A stretch of DNA of 64,000 bases from Camelus dromedarius (lineage: Eukaryota): assembly GCF_036321535.1 (NCBI RefSeq), contig NC_087447.1, positions 40,736,001-40,800,000 on the forward strand, written 5' to 3'. Under the pieces are notes generated by a model. That model was not told the origin of the DNA, ran no database searches, and saw only the letters and a program-made list of their open reading frames with translations. The position numbers and the translations under genes were made by a program. Every line of letters begins with the position of its first letter. Positions within the stretch are counted from its first letter, which is position 1. Shown piece by piece: positions 48,731-61,345 of the stretch.

Positions 48731-50954
48731 GAACGTGTCCTGGCAGGTGCAGTAGGCGGTCCTGGCCTCGCCCACAGCCCCTCGCTGGCACCATGCTTCA
48801 GTGCGCACTGGCCCAACTTTCAACCACCAGCACCTACATTTCTTTGCTTGGGTGTTTTTTCTTCCCACGGGCACCCACCCTGCTGTCGGGGGCAGGCCAG
48901 AGGTCTAGAGGACTAATGCTGCTGCCCCCACAGCAGCCATCAACCAGTGACCGATGGAGATGGAATATGAACAGTATAAATGTGGGACAGACAGCTCTGA
49001 GGTGCAGGGTTCTACACTGAGCTTCCCCAGCAGGATTCTGCCCAGTCTCCCCCAGTGCAAGCGGGATAAAGCCACCTTTGTTAGCTGCCTTCCCCGCTTG
49101 TCTCACTTTCCTCCCTTCGGGATTTTCTTCACCTCTTGCTGGAACTCAGATGCTTGTACTAGAGCTGGCTTTTGGGTAAACCTACACTAAGACGGCAGAG
49201 AAGGAGGGATGCATGTTTCGGAAGGCGCGGCAGCACGGGGGGAAGCACGGGGATGTGGGAGCCTGTGGTGTGCAGGGGACTGTGGGTGCTGCGCTGTAGC
49301 TGGGGTGGGCGGGGCACGGACTGTCTTCTCTTGTGCCAGCTGGGCCAAGACTCCCCTTGCTGGGTTAGGGGAGAGTGCTCTGGGCGGCTCAACCACCCTC
49401 TCGGTCCTGTGCTCACCGTCCCGGCTCCCGTGTGCAGCTGCTCAGACCTATAGAGAGCCTGATTCTGTGATCCCATCGGAGTAGCCTTCTGGAAACACTT
49501 TGAGCAAATTCCATTAGGTTGGAGGATCAGTGATAAGGAACCTGGAGATTATTGATGAAAGCATTTCCCAAAGCGAGTTCTGTGGAACATTGATTCTGGG
49601 TTGCACTCCTCAAAGGAGGGCTCCCCAGTCATGGAGTTTGCCCAGTGCTGCAATCACTCTTCACTCTTAGAGGTTCCCCCGTGTACATCAAGGGCCTGAG
49701 AAGTACTAAGTCACAGTACTTTTTCACTTAACCAGGATTAACCAGCATTTTCTGTAGTAACTGGGACTAATTGAGACCATCAGGCCAATGAAAGATGGAC
49801 AAATACCTAAGAATGAACAGAGAGTATCATGGACCATCATCAGAGGGGTAAACTAAAACCTCGAAGGAAATGAGCAAAGTGAGCAAAGAACAGTGACTCA
49901 GGGCGAGTCATGGCATGTGATGGAAAGACATCTCACCTCCTGACTTATGTTGGGGCCACCACTCCTGACTTGTTCTGGGAGATTACATTTCAGATGAGGT
50001 CCTTGAATAAAAGGAAGTTGCAGCGCCCAAGATAGGGAAGGTGACCAAGAGCAGTGTTTCCCCACCTGGATTGGAAGACTCAAGAGGTCACTTCTGCCGT
50101 ATCCCGTCTCTCTTCTCTGGTCTCCTGGTGGGGGTGGTAGTGGGGTTTGCAGCTTTGCTCGCCTGTCCTCACCCTCTGCCCTCCACCCACTCCTGGATTG
50201 GGGAGGTGAGAAGCCACATAACTTACCTATCCACAGTGCATCTGGAGTTTAGAAACAGTGATGTGAAACACAGCTGTTTTTAATGAGTTCACCTTTCTGA
50301 CCTGAGTTTCGTCAGGTGAGGCTTCACAGAAGGTAAATTTGCAGAAGAAAAGATTGATCCTGCAGCCAGGGGGGCTTCAGGGTGTTGTGGGGAGTGGGAC
50401 TGGGGCCAGAGATCAAAATAAATAAATGTCCTGACTTTTTCGCCTGGGGGCAGAAGGTCAGCTTTGCAAACTGTGGGTTAGTGAGTATAATGTCGTCCCT
50501 CAGCAAGCCACTAGGATGAATCATTTTTTAAAAATTATTTTTGAATTTTATCAAAGTAATTCTTTACATACTTAAAAACCTCAAATTGTACCTATAATAA
50601 AATAAAGTAGTTCTCTGCTTCACCAGTCATTTTCTGAGCCTTGACCCTCAAAGGAGCTCTGTTTCAGCCTTTTACCTGTTTCTTCTAATATTTGCCACCA
50701 TATTTCTAAGTGATAAGCTTGTACCATGATTTCCTGACTCACCAGTCTTAGGCATTATATATTGATTTTCTGATATAGTAGATGAGACTTTTTTTTTTTA
50801 ATGCTTTTCACCTCCCCAAAATACATACCTCCTCTTCCTCACTTCTCACACTTTGTATAAAAACAATAGACAGTGTTTACATAACATACTGCAAAAGTGC
50901 TGCCCACTGTCCAGTACGACGTCCATGATGTAAACTTTTGTTTTTCCTGGTTGA

Positions 50955-51600
50955 ATCAGTGTCTGGTGAAGAAAACAAAAACCACTAAGCATTTTAACAG
51001 GAAGGGAATGATTTAAGGACTTGGTTGTACAGGTAATGGAAGAGCTGGGGCACCAAACATTGGAAGTAGCGGCAACCAGAGATTAGCAACAGCAGGAAGT
51101 TGCTACCATGTCTAAGTCTGGAGAGCCAAGGGTGTGGGCAGTCTTTCCAGAGCCCAGGATGTACGGCCACCTGGCCGAACCAAGGGGGACTTGTCTGAGA
51201 GGAGTCAAAGCCATGGAGTAAGTGCCACCTCTGTGGGAGATGCCCCATGAAGCAGAGAATGAGGAGAAGTACCCTGGCTTCTCCTTTCTTCCTCCCCTGC
51301 ATCTCCCTTCAGTGCCCCCCGTTGACAAAATGCAGATAGAAGCCAATTGAGGGGAGGGTATAGCTCAGTGGCAGTGGGCATGCTTAGCATGCACGAGGTC
51401 TTGGGTTCAGTCCTCAGTACCTCCATTAAAAATAATTAAATAAATAAACTAAACTAATTACCTCTCTCCCCCACCAAAAAAACAAACAAAAAGAATTTTA
51501 AAAAAACAAGCCAAATGAGAAGTACAGAGAGCAGGAGTCAACTCCCCCCCACCCACCCCTGCCAGTGCCCATGGTAGAGAACAGGTCAGAGAAATACCAG
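50955..51600 (-). mobile_element. Ancient LTR (LTR78/LTR79-like), interrupted by a SINE
   Basis: aaaaccactaagcattttaacagg...agcaacagcaggaagttgctacca...cagtgccccccgttgacaaa; family call from recall only. Confidence 0.5.
51351..51507 (+). mobile_element. Vic-1-type tRNA-Ala-derived SINE
   Basis: ggggagggtatagctcagtggcagtgggcatgcttagcatgcacgaggtcttgggttcagtcctcagtacctcca plus A-rich tail; TSD aagccaattga (51340-51350) / aagccaaatga (51508-51518). Confidence 0.92.
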
Positions 51601-53824
51601 ACACACTAATACTAATATTTGCTCTTTTTATAAAAAAAAAATTGCATTAGTATTTAGCATTGATTTTTCTCTATGCACTCTGTCATAGCTGTTTTAGCCC
51701 TTTGACATTACTTTCCAAATGTTTGAATATCTCACATAATCCATCAGTTTCATTCTGTTGCCTGGAGTCCTTGATTCTTCCGGTTCAGTTGGGGCTGTTG
51801 GCTCCAGGCCCACCTCCATGCTGCCATCTGAGGCTTCCGGGCTCGTTCATCTCAGGGTGTGTGTGGTGGGGGGGTCCCTCGTCCTTGCTCCAGGGCAGCA
51901 TCCCCGGGGTGAATCCCCTGGCTTCCTCTTTCTTGGTGTGCTCCCTTTGGGGAAGCAGCTTGTCTAGGTGGTGGGAAATAAATATTTTGCTCTTGCATGT
52001 CTGAAAATGTCTTTATCCTACATTCACATTTGATTGACAGGTTAGCTGGCTTTAGACCTCTAGGTTGAAAACAAATTTTCCTTGGAATTTTGAAAGTGCT
52101 GATTCATGGACTTCTAACTGCCAGTGTTGCTTTTGAGGTCTGGTGCCACCCAAATTTTTGGCTCCTTTATGTATATCTTTTTTTCCCCTTCTTTGGAAGC
52201 TTTTAGGATCATCTGTATATCCCCAAATTATCTTTGCAAATTGAACCAAACAACCCCAAATATAGATTTGCTTTTCTGAGAGCATAAAGCCACCTCCTCC
52301 ACAGTGAGGAAAATATCAAGACCCAATGGGATTGAAGCTTTCATCTTAGAGCAGGATGTCCCAGAGGGAACAGGTCCTAATTGTAGGGCTTTCTAGCGAA
52401 ATTAGCCATCAACCATGGACGATGAAATGAAACCTTCCCTTTCTGCTCTAATGTGGTGAATCTGGTAATTTGAATAAACAAGACCCCTGGGGTGTAATTA
52501 CAGAAGCGTCTTTATTTCTGATACCACTGTCCTTTCAAACACCCGCAATGGGAGTACATTTTCTACCATGAAGGGGTGAAAATTCGGACAGGACCTGGAC
52601 TTTCTTTTAATTAATGAGCCAGAATAAGTCATATGATTAATTTAAACAAAAATGCAATCTTGATTCTGTCATTAAGAAGGCCCAGTGCTGTATAATCAGC
52701 AAAACTTCAAACTTGATTTGATGTTAATTCTTCTCCAAGGGCTCTGCTGTTCAAAGGGGGGCAGTGTGGTCCTGCTTCTCTCTTTCCTCACTTCTCCTTC
52801 CCTATTTCCATTCTGGAAAGGAGGAGAGAGGAAAGGTGTGGGGGGCAGGATCGCTCTTTTTGACTGATGCTGTTCTAAGGTGGCTTTGTGCCTTCTGGGC
52901 CTGGCACACATGGAAGATGACTCTGTTACTATAATTTTCATGATTTCTCTTGAGATTCCCCTGCTGGGCCAGGTAACTTGACCCTCTCCCTTCTGAGGAG
53001 GCAGTGCCTCAGCTTTAACTGGCTACTCTCAATCTTCCCACAGTTTCTGATGCCCAGAAACTTATTGAAGAATCCCTTACCATGGCAAGCTGCCTTGTTG
53101 GATAGGAGACCTATTAAAATGACAGCAGGCTGACATTCCCATCTTGGGTTCCATGTTTGTGCACCATTGTTCTGCCATTGGAGGGGGTTTTAGTGGTTGC
53201 TTTAGCGTTCTCAAGCATGAGACTCCTGTGTCTCCCAACTTTGGGAAACACGTATCAATTCTGTAGATGGTTCTATTGACACCTTGCCCATTCAGCTTGG
53301 GATGGAGGTAGGTCATCCAGCCTTTCCCCTCAAGGGAGAACCCAACTCAGAAATCTTCTTCACAGACCCTCTCTTTAATCTTTAACAACCCGGTTCTTTA
53401 TCCCCTCAACTGAGGTGAATTGCCAATCAATTTCCAATCACCCGCTTTGAATTTTCATTCTGGCTTGTCTAGGAACTCAACTTAGGCATTTAGTATGCAT
53501 TGCATCTTGATGCCTTAGTAAAAATTCCCAGCTTAATATTCCTGTTACACAGGCATCTTCAAGAATATGCCTCCCCCTTGCACCCTTGTCATACATCTGA
53601 AAGTTGCTATGGAATAGCCATCTCAAATATCGAAGTGCCTCTGAGCAATGGCTCCTGAAAGAGACATTTGGGGCTGGATATTTGTTTCCTTTAGAAAGAG
53701 TTTACTGAAAAAGGGACATCCCAATTAGTGAGCTGATAGCTCAGCCTTGTCACTGGAGCTGCCAAAAGCAAAGAGGGCTAGGTGATGCTTTATGAGCCAA
53801 GAAAGGAGGATACCACCGCACCTC

Positions 53825-54692
53825 CAGAATTGTAGGAAGCACATTTTATTTGTTTATTTATTGCTGTTAATTTTACAAGCTACAGGAGAAATTTCTCCCT
53901 TCTGAATGTGTCCAGTTAACTCTGTCCACCCAAGAGGAATCACATTCGCTTGTTCTGTGTATTCCTGAATAACCACAGGAGAAAACACAGAAGGAGAAGA
54001 GAAATGTATATCCCTGGTCTGAACAGTTCCAGGCCCCAGCAAGTCAGCTATTGCAAGGGGAAGAGCTCAGGATCCCAGAGGGATCCATCTCTAAAGGGTC
54101 CCTTCTCTATGCTGTTAATGATGTCAAGATGACCCCTAGTTCCATTGCTGTTCATGAGAACCTTGACACTGAGCTAGAGTTATCAGCTGGTTTGGGCGAG
54201 GACTGAGCTGACTGATTTCTGATTTCCATGGACCTGGCTGACAGATGGGAAGGGGAAATATAACTCTTGAACTAACACGTTGAGAGATCACAGCCTCTAG
54301 GGGACAAGAAGGGAAGGCTGAACAGAGAAGGTACTTCTGGGTTCTCCATGTCACTATTTCCATTATCATGAGCCATCTCTTCATTCAGGAAGGGGAGTCT
54401 TGAGTTTAGAGAATGAGATGGGTCCTGAAAACCATGGCTCCCCAACTCTGTTCCTAGATTTGGCACCCGTTGTTTCCTCTTGTATAGACAGTGGATCCAG
54501 GGTCTGTGTGGTTTGGATTTTGATGGAGTAAAGATGCGTGTGTGGCAGATGAATGGGGACCATGGCGGTGATCATCCAGAGGCCATGGGGGACTCGTTTT
54601 ACTTGAGGATCCCTGTTGGAGGGCTGCTGGGGCTTCGAGGTTCAAACTGGCTCTTTTCTGGTGTGTTCTAATGTCACTCTGCTAAGCATCTT
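53825..54692 (-). other. Candidate 3'-terminal exon of an unidentified minus-strand transcript
   Basis: Strong acceptor cttctgtttcttgtattttcag (AG = 54694-54693); three AATAAA on minus at 53845-53862; no repeats recognised in between. Confidence 0.35.
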
Positions 54693-55370
54693 CTGAAAAT
54701 ACAAGAAACAGAAGTTGGGCAGGTACCAAGCTGTCCACGTGGCTCCTTTCAGGGCTGATTAGCAGTATTGCTAAGTCCCATGACAAGCATAAGCAACAGG
54801 ATCCCACAGCTTCTGGCCAAGTTTTGAAGGCTGTTTTAAAGTATGCTTTTGGATTTTAACATTCATTATCACTAAAAGGAACAAAACTCAATTTTGAGTC
54901 TTGGGAGCCGCAACTCTTAGGATGTCAGGAGCCATGCTCTCAGCTTTCACCCCGCTGTTTTAATGAGGTTAATGATTGTTTTTCCACTGAGCACCTACCT
55001 GCAATTTTCACCAAAAAAAATAAAATAAATGACTCACATGGATATTTAGAAGGATATCGCTGTAGCAAGTCAATGTTAACAGGCTCTAGAAATATGATAA
55101 TTATTAGCTATTTCAGATGCAGTGACTGTATTATGATAACAAGATGTATTGTGCAGGTAGAAAGCACCCAGAAAAATGACACAAAGTAGACTTATGAGAA
55201 AAAGAATAAGGAGATTTTGTTTGATTATTCTCTTTGTTTTGATAAAGTTAAAGTGGGAGAAAGTTGAAATTTACATGTTGAAGTTTTCATGGTATTTAGT
55301 AGTCCATCTCTGTTTGTTGAATGAATGTAATACCTTTTCCTAAAAGGTGCATCACACATCACTACATCTA

Positions 55371-55414
<44 letters not shown>
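55371..55414. repeat. (CTAT)11 microsatellite
   Basis: Perfect tetranucleotide run. Confidence 0.95.
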
Positions 55415-55511
55415 AATCTATGGTGAATTTTAAGGCCTCTAAAGTCTTGCCTCTGCTCCAACTATTCTTTGCATGGTTGAGAGCCTCCCATTTCTTGATC
55501 TTCAATGTTTG

Positions 55512-56063
55512 GGGATTTTTTCTAATTTATATATATACATATATATATGTATATATATATAATATAATCAATTTACAGTGTTGTGTCAATTTCTGGTGTA
55601 CAGCATAATGCTTCAGTCATACACGGACATACATACATTCGTTTTTATATTCTTTTTCACCGTAAGTTACTACAAGATATTGAATATAGTTCCCTGTGCT
55701 ATACAGGAGAAACTAGTTGTTTATCTATTTTATATATATTAGTTAGTATCTGCAAATCTCAAACTCTCAATTTAACCCTTCCCACCCCCTTCCCCCCAGT
55801 AACCGTAAGTTTGTTTTCTATGTCTGTGAGTCTGTTTCTGTTTCGCAAATCAGTTCGTTTGTCTTTTTTTTTAGATTCCACATATAAGTGATATCATATG
55901 GTATTTTTCTTTCTCTTTCTGGCTTACTTCACTTAGAATGACGATCTCCAGGTCAATTCATATTGCTGCAAATGGCATTATTTTATTAGTTTTTTATGTC
56001 TGAATAATATTCCATTGTATAAATATACCACAGCTTCTTTTTCCAGTCATCTGTCAATGGACA
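55512..56063 (-). mobile_element. 5'-truncated young L1 with TSD
   Basis: tttacagtgttgtgtcaatttctggtgtacagcataatg...ttagattccacatataagtgatatc; perfect 11-bp TSD ttcaatgtttg at 55501-55511 and 56064-56074. Confidence 0.93.
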
Positions 56064-56114
56064 TTCAATGTTTGTTGAATAAATGAATGAGTAAATCCAC
56101 CTTTATTTAACTTT

Positions 56115-56189
56115 TTTTCTCATTTTTAAGAAAAGAATTTTTCATTGGAGTATAGTCAGTCATAGTGTGTCAGCTTCTGGTGTACAGCA
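56115..56189 (-). mobile_element. Very short L1 3' tail insertion
   Basis: attggagtatagtcagt...tgtgtcagcttctggtgtacagca; TSD-like tatttaacttt (56104-56114) / tacttaacttt (56190-56200). Confidence 0.7.
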
Positions 56190-56229
56190 TACTTAACTTT
56201 AAAGCCTAGTGTTTCTACTTCCAAAAAGT

Positions 56230-56850
56230 AACAAATCTGGTTTCCTCTCTGCATCTCCAGCTAATAGCCTCATCCAAAGCACTTCTTGCCTGGTCTGCTC
56301 AGTAGCTCCTAAGTGGCTTCCTCCCATCCATTCTTTGATCAGAATGAACTTTTTAGTATGTTCTTCAGCCCACATTTCTCCTTTGATTAACCTCCTCAAA
56401 GTTTTCCCCTTGCTGTTAGAACTAGACCCACTCTCCTTACCATGGCTTACAGAGTCCTATGTGGCATTTCCCCAGCTTCTGGTCCTGCTGGTTTCATTTT
56501 ACCCCCTGAGTTCTTTCTGGCCACAAGACTCTCATGCTTGCCGTCCCCTTTGCCTTGTGTCTCATCTTTCTCATCCTTCAGATACCAGTGCAAATGTATC
56601 TTCCATGTGTCCTGTTCTGATCGCTCTCTGTAAAGCAGTGCCTCCCCTCCAGCGTTCTCTTTATTACGTCACTAAGTCTGTGGCCTTCAAAACAACTGGC
56701 AACAATTTGCAGTGACCTGCTTTTTTTCGTTTATTTTACTTAATGTCTGTCTCCATCAGTAGAATGTAGGCTCTGTGAGGCAGACTTGCCTGGCAAGTTC
56801 AGTGTCATAGTCATAGCACCTGGCACTTGACAGGTAATAGGTGCTCAATT
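56230..56850 (+). mobile_element. L2 3' region
   Basis: tgtctgtctccatcagtagaatgtaggctctgtgaggcag...gcacctggcac...taggtgctcaat. Confidence 0.75.
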
Positions 56851-57939
56851 AGCATAACAAAGTTAATGGCCTGGGAGTGAACTTGCTGCTCTCTCTCCCC
56901 CTACACACATGCACACCTTGGCTTTGAAAGAGGATAACCTGGATGCCGCTGTCCCTGGAGACTTCCTTTAGAGGTGTACCTGGGACGCTACAAGTGACAC
57001 TCATGTATTTCACTAGGCACCGTCTGTGTGCCCTGCTGCCTTCAGGCCTGAGCCTTCTGGAATCCTCGGGCTTTCTAAATGCTGAATATACAGCATTAAT
57101 CAGGTCTTGCGTCTCTGGTGAGTAACTAAGACACCTTTATGTTGAAATGCAGATTCTCCATTGAAAAGCAAATCTTTCATTTCAAACCTCTGAATAAGAC
57201 TGGGTTTGTATTTATAAAGTGAGTGAAATATGAGGGCATAGCCTGGGCCCAGAGCACTTTCGTTTGATTGCTCAGTAAATACATTTTCACTCATGCAAGC
57301 TCTTGCTTCAGAGTATTTTGCACTGAGATAGTCAAAGAAGTGACAGTAGCCCTATTGAGTTCTATTTAATTTTATCAATAATGTTCTGTATGGTTCCTGG
57401 GATTTTCCTGGGCCTGCGTGTCTCAGAGATGGGTTGAGAGTGCCCTATTTGGTTGGGGGAGGGGGGAGGGTCCAAAGAACTAAATGAGACCAGTGTGACT
57501 GGAAGCTGCCTACCTTATTTTCTTACTGGGCATCCCCAAGCAGGTTACTGAACTTCTCTGAGCCTCAGTTTCCTTTCTTAGTATGGTTCCACAAGGATTC
57601 TCCTTTCACGTGCCAAACCCTGTGCTGTGGACGTTACAGATATCATCTCAGGTAAGCTCAACATCTCGTGGCAGAGCCATTGTGCTTGACAAAGTGGAAG
57701 GAAAGGGGATGTACTGAAAGGGAACCAGGGACTCAGAGCAGGGAAATGCCTGCGATTGATGTTGCTACCGTGGTCACTGGCACCATTATAAACAGCAGTC
57801 AATACCTGCCCGTCATGACGGTGTGGAGAGGGAGGCCCCAGAACAATACCATGTCAGAGCTGGACCAGTCCTACCTGCCTCGCTGCTTTATAGTTGAGAA
57901 AATGAGGGCCACAGTAGGGTGTGGCTCATGTGAGTGGCA

Positions 57940-58420
57940 TTCATTTGCTCATTCATTCATTTATCAATCTGCTGTGCTTCTACCATGTGCTAAACCCTGT
58001 GCCATGTCTGGGGTGCAGACATGTTTTGAGGACACGTTCTGCCCTCGGGGAACCACTGCAACCATGAGTGGGGTCGGTAACCAACTGTAAGGATGGATGG
58101 GGAAGGAGGCAGTCCATGTAGACCTCTCTTACAAGAAGACTGGAGTTGAAGAAAAGGGGAGAAATGAGAGGACAGGATGAGGAGGCTCGAGGAAAGGTTT
58201 TATTAGATGGTGGGGGTGGGGTAGGGGGGAACTGAGGCACGTGGATGATGTCAGGAGAATGAGCCAAAGGAAAGGTAGGGAATGAAGACACAGATGAGAG
58301 AGTCATTACAGATGTGCAGGGGCTTTTGCGTGTGGATGGGGAGGAGTTAGGAAGTCATGTGGAGGGACATTTGATTCCCAGGCAGAGGTTTTTAGAATGG
58401 GGACATGGAGAGGGAAGGCA
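57940..58420 (-). mobile_element. L2 3' region
   Basis: (CATT)n tail, ctaccatgtgc..., degenerate purine-rich body. Confidence 0.55.
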
Positions 58421-59469
58421 ATCCCGGGGATGCATCCTGGGGCCACCAGTGGTTGGGGACCGAGGATGTGCCACGGACACACCATGGCAGCTGCAGGTCC
58501 TGGAAGCCCTTCCTGGTCTTCTGGTCTGGGGACCAGCCTTGGGAGATGCTGCTACAGGCCAGGCCCAGGGCTCACAATGGTGGGAAGACACTCTCTGGAG
58601 GAAGGAAGGGGTCTGAGAATCTGCCAAGGGACCCAGCTAGTAGGGTTGTAAGCCGGCTTTCAGTCAATGTCTTGTCTCTGCCAATACCTCAGCTGGCCCT
58701 GGAGTGGAAAGGAGTCATGTAGAGATCAAAAGACCAAAATTTTGCCAGTGAATAATAATCCTATCACTGTCCTCAAGGCGATGCCCGAGGAGTCATAGGG
58801 TCCACAGGGTGGTCCTCACCCGGCCAGCTGCATGGAGGGTAGTACCTTCCTCAAAGCCAAATGCCAGGCGAAAAATGAGATGTAGAGAGAAGGGCAGGAG
58901 GCTTCTTCCCATTTTCTGAGAAGGTGGAAGTTCCCATCCACGGGCCCTGACAGAAACAGGGAGCATGACAGAGGACGGTTACCTCTGCGCTGGCGACAGG
59001 AGCATGCGCAGACACACAGAGCGTGTACATACCTGAGTGCCCAGGGTCTCAGCTCTGGGGACCAGGCGCTGAGGACTTGGCCCTGAGCTTGGCAGCCCAG
59101 GGTCTGTAGCCTCAGGGACATAGCAAGAGTGACAGCTGTGGCCAAGTGTGGAATGAGTGCTGGCTCTGAGCCCTCCCAGGGTGGGAAAACACCTTGAGCA
59201 CAGTTTCAAAATCATCCCCATCCAGGTGTTCCTGTCAGTTGGCCAACTCGAGAGACCACAGCAGATCAGAAAGATAATATTTCTGTTTGTTGTGGTCGTA
59301 GTTGTCGTTTGGTCCCAGATGAGGCTTGAAAGTTCCAGAGTGCAAGGTTGTTGAGCAGCTGGTACAGGGCAGAGGCCTGTACTTGGGGACTTGGCTTCTC
59401 AGCCTTTGGTTTTTCCTGTATCCTGTACTGCCGCTGCTCCGCATAGCAGCAATGACCTTGGTGATGCTC

Positions 59470-59690
59470 CTGCTAGCCAGCTTTGATTGGGTGCTTAGCA
59501 GGTCCCAGGCTTGGTAAGCACTTTATGTGAAATGTTTCAAGTACTACTCTTCCCGTGTCCTCAGCCGTGTAAGCCAAGGTGCTGAGATTCAGGCACTTGC
59601 TTGAGGTCACACAGGTTCTGAGTGGTGGGGCCGGGAGTCTAACCCAGTCTATTAGATTCGGCGACAAGCTCTCAACCATTTTGCTGTGCT
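59470..59690 (-). mobile_element. MIR SINE
   Basis: taagcactttatgtg...acttgcttgaggtcacacag...ctaacccagtct...gctctcaaccatt. Confidence 0.7.
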
Positions 59691-61345
59691 CGCACATGAA
59701 GTGGATGCTAAGTAGCGTGTGGGCCCGGGACTCTGAGGATGCTGGCAGGGAAGGGCTGCCTGTTCCCTGGTGCCCCTGCTGCCTCGCCCTCCTCTGATGA
59801 CCTCTCTGGGCTCCCCAGGAAAAGACTGGGCTGCTGGCAAGGGGAAGCTGCAGATGGGAACAGTGAGGCCACGTGGTACTATGAGGCGTTGGAACTGCTT
59901 ATAATGAGGGGCGAGTTTGCAGAGCTGTCCAGATGCCTTTCATGCACTCCCTCTGTGAAGTCCCTGGGGACAGTCTGGGGCCATGGTGTTTGGGGCCTTC
60001 ATTAGCACTGCACCATCTGAGACTTTCACAAAGGCAAGAAAACAGACAAGCTCCTTTGTGTTTATGCAACTCAGACCGCCCTTCCTGGCTCCCGGGATCC
60101 AAAAAAATCATTTCCTCGTAGCCGGCTTATTCACAGTGACGTAGGGTGCTGCATTCTGCTGGCCCCGTCTCCAGGGGCAGCACCGTGCCCGGCATTCGAT
60201 CCCTACCAAACCCTGGCTGCAGCGGCTCGCCACCTGAATGACCCTCTGTCTGTGGGACTGTCTGTGTGTCCAGCCAGCCAGCTCAATGTGGAACAGCAGC
60301 ATGCTGGCAGTACACCTGTTTCCCTGACCATCTCATCCCTGAGTGTGAGGTCGCTGGAGGCCGGGAGGCTGTCGGCCTCATCTCTGTCTCCCTCTGCGGT
60401 GGTTCGCAGCCTTTCCCCATCACCAGTGCCTGCCAAATCTGCTTCAGCCCCTCAGCAGTGGCTGCTCTGAAGCCGGGCATTCTCAAAGTGAAGAGGGGCA
60501 CTTTGATTTCTAGGGGTACTGTTTGAAAAAGCCCCCGGTCCCAAGAATCCTGCCGACAGATAACACAGGGATGTGGGGGTTCAGTGAAGAGCCCATGAGA
60601 TCCTCCAACCCCCAACCTGGCCTCTTTTACTCTCCAGCAACCTCCCAGCAGCCCAGGCTCAGCCACTCTGTGTCTCAGAGTGTGTTCTGGGGAACACTGC
60701 ATCAGAAACCCAAGGGGAGTTGCTGGTGGAGAGAAAAGACTCCGAATCTTAAAATAAGACTCGGCCGTTTATGAGAACTGCATGGGGTGGGGGAGGATTG
60801 CGCTCACTAGAGGGGGCTGGGACCGTGGCGGCTTGGGTCCTTGAGCTGCCTCCTTTCCTGTACCTGAGTATATTCAAGTGCCTTCCACGATTTGCTTTGG
60901 GGAGGAGGGGCCTTTGATGCTCAGGTAGGGAAACAGAGACATCATGATGCTCAGATGGAGAAAATAGACCTTGCTGTCACCAGTTATTAAGCTTCCAAAA
61001 GGCTGTTTGAAAGAGGGTAATGATACCATATTGCTACATCTGGGAGAAGGCAGAGTATTTGTCCAATAAAACATTTATGGTATATAAAAGGCTTATAGTA
61101 TTTGTTCAGGAGATAGAACACTAAGGGTTGCTTATTTGAGATGTGTGATGGTTTGAATTGACAGGAAGTTCTGTTGGTTAGGGAGGAGCTCATTTCTTAG
61201 GACTTCTTAATAATTACCCTGTCCCAGACCTTCTGCTCCAGAATCTCAGCAGATAAACCATCTTGGGGGTGAATCTGTATTTTCACCAGACTTTGCAGGT
61301 GGACTTTTATGTACACATTGAAATTTGGAAACTATTCCCCAACCC

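Larger units (their letters stand above)
50520..52230 (-). mobile_element. Decayed L1ME-type fragments (about 50520-50955 and 51605-52230)
   Basis: ttgcatgtctgaaaatgtctttatcctacattcacatttgattgac...ctaggttgaaaacaaattttccttggaattttgaaag is antisense L1 ORF1-like. Confidence 0.6.

Noticed and set aside
51351..51425. tRNA-Ala(AGC) gene (also at 26383, 47761 and 62828)
   Set aside because: Stem mismatches, extra 5' bases, A-rich tails and TSDs identify these as SINE copies, not tRNA genes
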